This document shows positions 38,108 to 47,420 of a DNA stretch of 64,000 nucleotides, one piece after another. Under the pieces are notes generated by a model. The model was not told the origin of the DNA. It did not search any database and saw nothing but the letters and a program-made list of their open reading frames with translations. The translations under genes were made by a program, and so were the position numbers. This DNA is from Schizochytrium sp. TIO01 (lineage: Eukaryota > Protista > Bigyra: Labyrinthulomycetes), in assembly GCA_004764695.1 (NCBI GenBank), contig SMSO01000031.1, positions 4,254,436 through 4,318,435 of the forward strand, given 5' to 3'. Positions within the stretch are counted from its first letter, which is position 1. Every line of letters begins with the position of its first letter.

Positions 38108-40344
38108 AATACAAAACATTGTAACCTACGCATTGTCTGTCCAAATTCAAACATAAAGCCATGACATCAACTCATTTTGTTTGTTCTTTTTTGCTGCTTT
38201 CTCTTTTTTATTCTTAAAAGACACATGGCACTAAACACAATTCCATCTATTAGACTGAAACAATGTTCCCCTCTACAATCGTTGCGTTTAGGTATTGCCA
38301 TATTTATATTTGCGTTCTAATTTCACAATGGGCTGGCTTCATCTCTCAAGATCTAATAAATGTAGGATTGAACCACCAAGGAGTCCACAACCTTTCCCTA
38401 ATCAGTGCTTCACTTTTATGACCTGTATTTTCAGAAATATTGTTTATGTTTCTTTATTTACAAAAATTAAAGAATCAGTTTATATAGAGTAGGAGCATCA
38501 TTTGAGCTTTGAAGATGTGATTAAGGGTGTCCAGTCTTTCCTTCAATTTTTTCCCGGGGCCTTCCTCTAACTATGGGAAGTATACCTGAGATGTTTCAGA
38601 TTTAAGAAGCTCAAACTTTGTCCATGCAATTTGCTTTTGAATTCTTACACTACTGAACGGGAGAACAGAAACAACACCAGGCGGGGCAGGAAAAATTAAA
38701 TTTGAAAATTTGTAACTCGCCATATGAACGCGAGTAGGAATAAAGGAGCCAAGTAAACTACAATGGTTCGCAAGGAGATGAGACAGCGGGCCAAATCACC
38801 CAGATATAAACCCGTCAAGCTCTAGTCCAGCAGCAACCCTAACTCCAATATTAATCAAGCACAGAAACCTAATGGAATTTCATTGATAACCTCTTATCAA
38901 CACATCATTAGACACTATCCATATCCACATTTCAAATCCTCTGCAGATTCATTCATGAGTACTGAGCGCTCGCCATAGTAAAAAAACAAGAAAATTGGCG
39001 GAATATCAAAGACATGTGCTGAATGTCCTTCGATGTACTTCGTTTCTCCCTAGGTCCAATGATGAAAGTTGTTCATTCGTGCAAAAATGAGTTCAGTAGA
39101 GTTGCAATCAATAGGGTGCATGAAACTTGATTAATGACCTATGAGCATTCAAGTCAGCGAAAACAGGACACCTGGTTACATTGAGACATCTGAACGCAGC
39201 ACACAAAATCAAGTTGGCCAGAAGTGAGCTTCTGTTTACATCAATTCATACTTATGTTTAGCGATAGATACCCTGTTACAATAGCCTAAAACAAATAAAA
39301 CAAATTTACACTTTTGGTACCTCCATTTTGTACATTGCTTTGTAATAGGAACAAATTTCCAATTGCAATTTAGAAAAAGAACTGCCCACTTGACATATTT
39401 TTTTGCATGGTTATCCTACCATTGCCATTGCGCTGCCTCCCTCTTTTCCTTGATAAAATCTCATTGATGCTATTGCTACCGTTCAAAACATCATCATAAA
39501 ACATATTTTCATATCTGCTGGTCTTTTGCGTGACGGACAAATACCTGCACATAAGGTTTAGAATGATAAACCTGATACAATATGTTCCTTGTCCATAGGA
39601 ATTCTATTGCCGTCTAATTTCTATCAAACAATATTGAGAAATCCTATTCAAGTATTTTGCTGCAAGCGAAACTAAAGCCCAAGTGAAGATTATAAACGCA
39701 TATAAATCAATAATCCACTCTTTCTCAAAGCAAGTACTAGATCTGAGTTTTTTCATTTAAGCAAGGGCAAATGCTTCTAACAAGGTTAAGAAGTATACAA
39801 CTACCGATAGGATCTGGTCGACTTGAGACCATAATCATAAAGCAAAGTCCTTGAAGTATTGATTACTGCAACAAAGAGCACACGATGTCAGAAATTGCTT
39901 TTGTATTCCATGTTCTCAGTAACATATTCGCTGGGGTTACTAATCGAAGGACCATGATATCAAGGCATCACAAGAGTCCTTGGCACGTTAATGTATGTCC
40001 TAATCTATTAAGATTTGTATATGATGAGAATGTGTATATTATCAGATACGAAAATGCAACTTGAGAGTGAAATTGTAGTCCATAATCAAGGAATGTGTAA
40101 GGAGAACCTATCTTAGTGGTTGAGAAAAAGAGTTGTTATACGAACCCCTTCAATGTTGCGTAATAAGAGATGCAGTCTGTTTTAGTTTCTATTGCAGATA
40201 AGTCTGTGTAGTGGAACGTGCTGACACGGATGACGAACTCAGGAGAAAGAGAAGGAGGACGATATTTATGTTATTTGGGTTTCAGATCTGAATGCAGACA
40301 GGATGAATGAATCATGTCGGACTGAAGAGTGACAGACAGGAGAG

Positions 40345-40384
40345 CTAGGTTAGGTTAGGTCAGGTTAGATAAGGTGAGGTCAGG
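40345..40384 (+). repeat. Degenerate (TTAGG)8 telomere-like tract
   Basis: CTAGG TTAGG TTAGG TCAGG TTAGA TAAGG TGAGG TCAGG. Confidence 0.6.
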
Positions 40385-41141
40385 CACTTATCTATACACC
40401 ACTTCAATATGTATGAAACTTTGTAAATAGTACACATGTTTTAGAATGAATATATCAAATGCCGAAAAAGGTTTAACAATTGACAGTTGCCAAGAATGAA
40501 GATTGATAACTTCACTTTTGCATCATTCCCTCATTACATACCAATCTCCATTTCGTTTGTCACCAGGTCTAAACTGTGCCATAGTATATTTACTCTTTGC
40601 TCTAACTTACAAGCGATGCTTAACCGTGAAGGGTATCTGGGCTATAAAGTCTATAATTTTTCAATTGAAGAGTTTCTCGGCGTGGATATGAAAATAGGAT
40701 AAATGGGTGAAATATATTTTTTAAATTATCAGTTTATACGAGGAATAGGATGTTACAAGTCGCTTCCCGGAAGTTTTGCAATGTCCTGAAATCCTGTATT
40801 TTGAAAACATCCTTAAGCTTTGTAACGTCAATAGAATTTTGAGGAATGCGGGATTTTCATGCAATGCAAAACCGGAGGTGTCAGCATAGCTCGCGCATGG
40901 CGTGCTAATGTAGCTTGTTCAAGGAGTGTTCTCATAATATGATAATTTTTTTTGACATCAATCAAGGTGAGGATGTTGAATTATATGAATACCTGACAAT
41001 TTATTTATATTTAAAAATTACTCATAGAATATATTCTCCTATGTTTTAGAAGTGACTTACATAATTGTTGGCGAGAAATAGCGTCATCAATATGAATAAT
41101 ATGTATGTAAATTGAGCGTAGTAAGTTTTCATCAAAGTCTC

Positions 41142-44100
41142 TCAGAATATTGAGGGTTTCTCGTCCACCACAAAGTAAGGGAAGAGGTGCGTCACGTCTT
41201 GCCAGAATGAATCAACAATTCCAAGACCATCACCACGGGACTTCCAGTAAACACGAATGACCTTACGCTTGCCTGAGCCGAGGTCATCAAATCGCATGTG
41301 TGACCACACATATCCACGACGCATCAGCGCAGGGAGTGCCCATCCAATTGTTAAAGCAATATGCATTTTACTAGGATGCACTTTTGTTGCTTGCTGATGA
41401 ACAACGTTGCCACCTGCGATTTCGCGCGATGTCTCATCAGCCTCAAGATATGTCATTGTCTTCAAATCGAATCGCAGGCGAGCAATCTTGTTTGCTTTTG
41501 ATGACTGATCAAACTGAATTTCCTCCTGGTTAATCGGGCACAGGAATGAACGTTTTAATGTTTCCATCATGTATTCTTGCTCCAGAGCACCGTTAAGCAT
41601 GTACAAGCCAGAGGCACTAAACATATCAAGACCAGCATTGCGATAGTTCTCAATGACTTGGGGCGGCGTTGAATCGAAAAGGTCAACAAGGAAGCGCATG
41701 AGCTGTGTCTTTGGGTTTGCAAGTGCTTCCTCATTTAAGCCAACGAGCGCCAAAACTTCAGAGATAAGGCGTGAGCTTCTCCGCCAGGTCGGCATCCAAT
41801 GTTTGGGACCAAATGGCGCATTTGCAGCGACATCGCTATTCGATTCACTGGCACCATTCTTGTCTTTGGGCGTAATCAGCTTATTTGAGCTAGGATTACC
41901 TGTGGCTGAAAAATCACCACCATTTACGCTGCTGCTGCTGCTGCCATTATTGCTTTGGGCAACGCCTGGTGCGTTGGGGGTGTTGCCATTGTTATCTGCG
42001 TTCCATTGATAACCTGGCTCCTTGCCAGCAGAAGCAGCAGCGGCACGGCGACTCTTAGCGACCTCATCCTTAAGATTAGGGTAAAGAGCACCTTTACCAC
42101 GAGTCGTATAACGAGCCATTCTTCCACTTGAGTGATAAGAAGACGGCGAAGATGTCGAAGAGCTTGCTCCCTTGCCACCACTCGTGCTTGCATTACTCGC
42201 TGAAGGAGGGTCAAGATCATAAGCTGCACCCTTTCCACCGTTCGAAGCGTCAAGAGGGTCATACCCTGATCCTTTGCCACTGTAGTAACCTCCTTGCTTT
42301 CCAGAAGCATCAAAAGCACTAGAGAGCTCCACGTCAAAAGTAACATCCTTGCCACCATAAAAGTATCCACCACCAAGTTTACCGCCAGAATCATAAGAAG
42401 CACCCTTACCACCACTACCTAATGAGTCATACGATGCGCCCTTGCTGCCAGGATCAAATGTGACTTGCTTACCCACTGAGTCATAAGATGCGCCTTTGCC
42501 GGTAGAGTCGTACATAGAACCCTTGCCTCCATATACAGAACCTTTACCTGAAGATTCATAGGCAGCGCCTTTGCCGGTTGATTCATACATGGCGCCTTTG
42601 CCGGTTGATTCATAAATAGCCCCCTTGCCGGAGGAGTCATATACAGCTCCTTTCCCGCCTGCCTCATACAAAGCTCCCTTTCCGGTAGACTCGTAGATTG
42701 CCCCCTTACCGGTTGAGTCGTAAAGCGCGCCTTTTCCAAGGGAATCATAGCTTGCACCTTTGCCTGTTGAGTCGTAAGGAGCGTTTTTGCCACCTGCTTC
42801 GTACAAAGCGCCTTTACCCGAGGATTCATAAATGGCGCCCTTCCCGTTAGAATCGTAGATAGCCCCTTTGCCAAGAGAATCATAGCCTGCTCCCTTGCCA
42901 GAGTCATAGCCCGCCCCTTTGCTACCAATCGAGAAAGGTTCAAAACCAGCTCCTTTACCACCAAAGAGAGGATCATACCCGGCACCTTTGCCAGAATCAA
43001 AAGCCGCGCCTTTACCTCCTGGTGGGAAAAGAGACTCGTAGCCTGCGCCTTTGCCGTTAGATTCATAACTAGCACCTTTGCCAGAGGAATCATAACCCGC
43101 ACCTTTGCTGTTTGGCGGGAAAAGGGACTCATAGCCCGCCCCTTTGCCTCCACTTGCGTCGTAGCCAGCACCTTTACCGTCTAAAGCAAACAGTGAACCT
43201 TTACCAGAATACCCTGCCCCTTTGCCATCCTTACCGCCATACGACGAAGACCCCCTTCGTTGCATGTAACGGGATGGACCACCATGCCCGCTTTCAACAG
43301 CACTGAGCGAATTTGCACTTGAAGAATGAGCACTAGCTTCGGCGAGGGGGCGGGGCCTTTTCATGCGAATCATGTCAGAGATTTCAGGACATTCTTCAAT
43401 AAGAGCAGCTGCGTCATCCCATGGAGTCGAACTTGTCTGTCCGGAATCTGATATTGACCGTTCATTGAGATCTGCATTTTGGCCATTGTTTGATTCAAGG
43501 TCGTTCGCAGAATACAAAATCGCATCCGAGTTAGCTCCTGCTGTTTTACCGCTACTCATACCAGCATGAGCACCTCGCCTTGGGGTTGCGGAAGATCCTG
43601 ATGGTTGGGACGACATGCCAGGGGGCTCCAAGCCCTTGGCGTCGCCTCGAAGAATAGCCCCCTTTGCACCTTTATGTCCAATGGGTGCGCGCTTACCTGG
43701 AGTCGAACGTCCTGCTGGGCCAACACGGCCACGCGTAGCTGTATTGGGTAAGGTTGAGGGAGACTTTACAGGCTGAGCAGATACTGCTGGAGTTGGTCCG
43801 AGCGAGACAGATCTTTTCCCTCCTGGCATATCTGCGGCTGCTGTTGCTGGTGGTGGATTAGGAATGGTAATTGGCATGGCTAGCTTGGGTTTTTTCGCAG
43901 TAAATGATGGTGAAGAAGTTGCTGAGAGTGTGCTGGGGTCATCGTCGAGCTTTTTCTTCTTCTTCGAGGTAGTTTTTGGTTTTGGCTTGGGATTTGCAGC
44001 AGGGTTGGTGCCTGTGGTGGCAATTTCAGCTTGAAGTTCATGATAGCCCTTTGCTCTAAATCCGTTTGATCCAATATTTAAGTTGAGGTCCTTGGCCATT

Positions 44101-44396
44101 GGCCATGCCTCCTTTCGACGAATAAACCGAAGAATATCTGCTTCTACATCTGAGTTGAAGGGCCTCCTGCCTGAAGATTTACACAAATGAGCAGTAATAG
44201 ACCTTCGAAATGACTCCTCTGGTCGTTTCGGGGCTTCTTTGCGGGTATCAATCCACTCGCGATAACATGCTGTGCCGACAACGGCAGCGGGACCGCCCTT
44301 GTTATAGTGTTTGATAAAGACCTCATATGAGGACATTCCTGCGTTCTGGTGCTCATGTGGAGCATCGGGCGGTCGCCCGCTAGCGCTCTCAATCAT
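41142..44396 (-). CDS. Uncharacterised ~1084-aa probable nuclear regulator: basic N-terminal domain, GKGAxY repeats, C-terminal PAS-like domain
   Basis: Uninterrupted 3.3-kb ORF with first ATG at 44396 (the track starts at TTG 44537). Repeats are conserved at the protein level with variable synonymous codons. KKKKK NLS; C-terminus ends with PAC-like ...FWQDVT. Confidence 0.9.
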   Translation of the reverse strand: MIESASGRPPDAPHEHQNAGMSSYEVFIKHYNKGGPAAVVGTACYREWIDTRKEAPKRPEESFRRSITAHLCKSSGRRPFNSDVEADILRFIRRKEAWPMAKDLNLNIGSNGFRAKGYHELQAEIATTGTNPAANPKPKPKTTSKKKKKLDDDPSTLSATSSPSFTAKKPKLAMPITIPNPPPATAAADMPGGKRSVSLGPTPAVSAQPVKSPSTLPNTATRGRVGPAGRSTPGKRAPIGHKGAKGAILRGDAKGLEPPGMSSQPSGSSATPRRGAHAGMSSGKTAGANSDAILYSANDLESNNGQNADLNERSISDSGQTSSTPWDDAAALIEECPEISDMIRMKRPRPLAEASAHSSSANSLSAVESGHGGPSRYMQRRGSSSYGGKDGKGAGYSGKGSLFALDGKGAGYDASGGKGAGYESLFPPNSKGAGYDSSGKGASYESNGKGAGYESLFPPGGKGAAFDSGKGAGYDPLFGGKGAGFEPFSIGSKGAGYDSGKGAGYDSLGKGAIYDSNGKGAIYESSGKGALYEAGGKNAPYDSTGKGASYDSLGKGALYDSTGKGAIYESTGKGALYEAGGKGAVYDSSGKGAIYESTGKGAMYESTGKGAAYESSGKGSVYGGKGSMYDSTGKGASYDSVGKQVTFDPGSKGASYDSLGSGGKGASYDSGGKLGGGYFYGGKDVTFDVELSSAFDASGKQGGYYSGKGSGYDPLDASNGGKGAAYDLDPPSASNASTSGGKGASSSTSSPSSYHSSGRMARYTTRGKGALYPNLKDEVAKSRRAAAASAGKEPGYQWNADNNGNTPNAPGVAQSNNGSSSSSVNGGDFSATGNPSSNKLITPKDKNGASESNSDVAANAPFGPKHWMPTWRRSSRLISEVLALVGLNEEALANPKTQLMRFLVDLFDSTPPQVIENYRNAGLDMFSASGLYMLNGALEQEYMMETLKRSFLCPINQEEIQFDQSSKANKIARLRFDLKTMTYLEADETSREIAGGNVVHQQATKVHPSKMHIALTIGWALPALMRRGYVWSHMRFDDLGSGKRKVIRVYWKSRGDGLGIVDSFWQDVTHLFPYFVVDEKPSIF

Positions 44397-47231
44397 AGCG
44401 CTAATGATAGTGTTGTGTGCGGTGTAGTTTTGTGTAGTAGAGTTGGCTCCGCGTGGAGCTCTCTTGGCTTGAAGATTTCTAACTTGTGAGAGATTTTTCC
44501 TCCGGTCTTCCACCAATGTTATACTCCTCGGTTGCAAGTTATTTCCCAGCTCTGCGTCTGGGTTTTGCTGCGCGGAATTCGTTAATCAACGGGCCAACAA
44601 AATGTTGTGGACACTAGAGGACTCCCTCAACGTCCCCAACGCAAGCGGGTTTCGTTCTCGAGTCCAACAACAGTTCACTGAAGCAAGTGAAACACCCAGT
44701 ATCTATTCTGCACGTGAGAAAATATGTATACCGCACACGGCTACCTTTCCAGCTAACTCCGCCTCTAGCTGCGCAAAGGTCCCCCGGCCACGATTTCGCT
44801 GACTCGGACTATGCTTGCCTGCTCGATTTAGTTGAGTCGATCAGCTCTTGATCTTCTTGGTTTACCAGCAAGCGCGACGTGAGGAAAAAAGGACAGACAG
44901 AAAAGCAGGCCGAAAAGCAAGCCCAGCTTTGATATGAACCTGTTTGTTACGAAAGAGAAAGGGAAATGAAGTGAAAGAAGAAAGAAAGAAAGAAACACAA
45001 CAGGAAAAGAGGAAAAGAGAGAGGAAAAGGACCTCGTGCCGGTCTAGATCGCGCGGCCTAGACGCTGCGAGGTTTCTTTGTTAGCTCTTCACGCTGTTCG
45101 TTGGACAGCTTTGATCAGGAGCGAGACTGGAATAGATCCACGTTCCGCCGCAAGCCTCGGACCTGTTTCTGAGACAGGTCTGGGTTCTGCGGGATAAAGA
45201 AATGGATGGGGATAGCCACGAGGTGAGGAAGGACGAGGAAATGGAAATGCTGAGTGTAGATGTAAACGAGACCTGGTTTTGGACAGACCGGTCAATAGGC
45301 TATCGACAGCGCGCAGACGAGAACAAAAGCCTAGCGAGACAGCTGCGATATGAGGTCTGTCCCAATCAATGCTGCCGTGAGTGCAACTCCAGGCAAGGAA
45401 AACTAGGTGGCTCCTCCCTGGCTTCAATAAACAATTGAATATATGTATCAATGTCCCGTTCTCCGCACGGGCTGCTGATTCTACTACTGACGATTGTTTG
45501 ATTGTTTGTTTGTATGATATACCGTGCTCCTTTGACGTTCTTTCCTCAGTCAAAGCGGATTGACTACGATTGCGTGCTGAGAGTGAGCGATCGGCCCCAG
45601 AGACAGAGGAGCCTAGTTAGATTATGGCTGATTGAGGGTTTGCTGGTACACTGATCCAATATTGAGCGAGTGAGGAAGTGCCGCTTTCGATTAATTGCTT
45701 GCTTGCTCGCACTGTGTCTCTCTTTCTTTGCACTGTAATAATATAATAAGCCCTTTCCTTGCCAATTATTTGCTCTGGAAAGAGAGAGATAGGCAGCAGT
45801 AGAAAGGAAAGGAAAGGAAAAAAGAAAAAGAAAAAGGGAAGAAAAGGGAAAAAAGAGAAAAGTAACCCGGAGAAGGAACGAAAACAGGACGAAGGAACAA
45901 ACAAACAAATAAACAATCAAAGAAGAGAAAGAAATCAGAACAGCACCAGCAGCGGTAATAGTAAACAACAAGCAGAGGCTCTCGATGAATCAACAAATCA
46001 ATCAATCAATCAATCAGCCGGCCAGATCGACCCAGCCAACTCGCCAGCCTAGGATCCACGGTCCACGGACGAGAAGAGGCGCGTATGCTGTCTACCTGCG
46101 AATTCTGGTCTTCGTAGCTGTAGAGATGGGGGATAAATAAGCAGAAGACTTGCTGAGCTGCTGCGGCTGCTTTTGCTTATATATTGCTTTTCTATTCCCT
46201 TTGTTGACGTGCCGAGGCAAAAGGTCAGACTCCGCCAAATACTGCTCACAGATTCCGTGTGAAGGATCAGTAAACCTCCTCGATCCCCCAGGCCTCTACA
46301 CCTGTCCTGTAGGCTCGCCTGAAGCTGATTGGACGGCCTTGACGTTGCTGTTGCTTTAGCTGAAGAGGGATGAGGATGCTTTGTTTTTGAAAACTTGAAA
46401 ACGCCACGATGCGAATGGCGAACGAAGTTCAATCCTCCCCCGAAGAGCCTCGAGAGTCGCTTGAATAGACAGCAGAGGGCCAGGCCGCGCCCTGTCTCCC
46501 AATCCAGTCCTGGTCCACGTAAAATCAATGATAATCTAGCCTCGTAGCCAGCCGCGGAGCTTGCGAGCTAGCTAGCTGCAGCTACGGCGAGCGCCAAGTT
46601 GCGGTTTTGGTTCGTGGCGTTGAATGAGTACTAAACATAAAAGAATAAGCACCAAGTTGTACTATTGCTAATGCGAACGAATGAATGAATGATTGAATGA
46701 ATGAATGAATGAATAAAAACGAGTGAATTCTAACTACACTACCATAGTGCTATATGGTGGTAGTATGGGTGTTAGCATTGCTTACTCAACTTTGCGAGCG
46801 ATGATGTTTTGAAGAACATCAACATTGAGGGAAGTTGCTATTATTGTCACGATCGCTTTTCTATTTACTTCATTTTTATTTTTTTTAAAACAACTTTAAA
46901 AATAACTTCTTACTGCAGAACAAAGGCAGCCTTTCAACAAAGTTGTATTAAACAATTTTTATAAGATTGTTTCTTCAAAGAAAAGGGAAAAAAGTGAATG
47001 AAGTAAAGTAAGAAAGAGAGTATACCAGATCGAGTAGCAATCGTAGTAATCGCCGTGGGAGTGAACGAATTTGAAAGTGAAGAAGGGACTATTTGGTACG
47101 TATTTAAAAGCACAAAGAGTAATGAAAATGAAAATGAAAATGAAAACGAAAGAGAGACTACTGCTAGCTGCGCATCTAGCCAGATAACTATAAGTAATTT
47201 CAAATGCGACCCATCATACTCCTCTCTTTCC

Positions 47232-47257
47232 TTCCTTCATTCATTCATTCATTCTCT

Positions 47258-47288
<31 letters not shown>

Positions 47289-47376
47289 ATTTTCCCTTCT
47301 GCTATGAAATGTTTATTCTTCTCTCGCATACATACATACATACGTACATACACATACTAAATATACGCGTATACGT

Positions 47377-47419
<43 letters not shown>

Positions 47420-47420
47420 G
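47232..47420. repeat. (TTCA)n, (CT)n, (CATA)n and (CAGA)n microsatellite cluster
   Basis: Direct reading. Confidence 0.85.

Noticed and set aside
41190-41486. Aureochrome/LOV photoreceptor
   Set aside because: No GRNCRFLQ motif and no bZIP domain.
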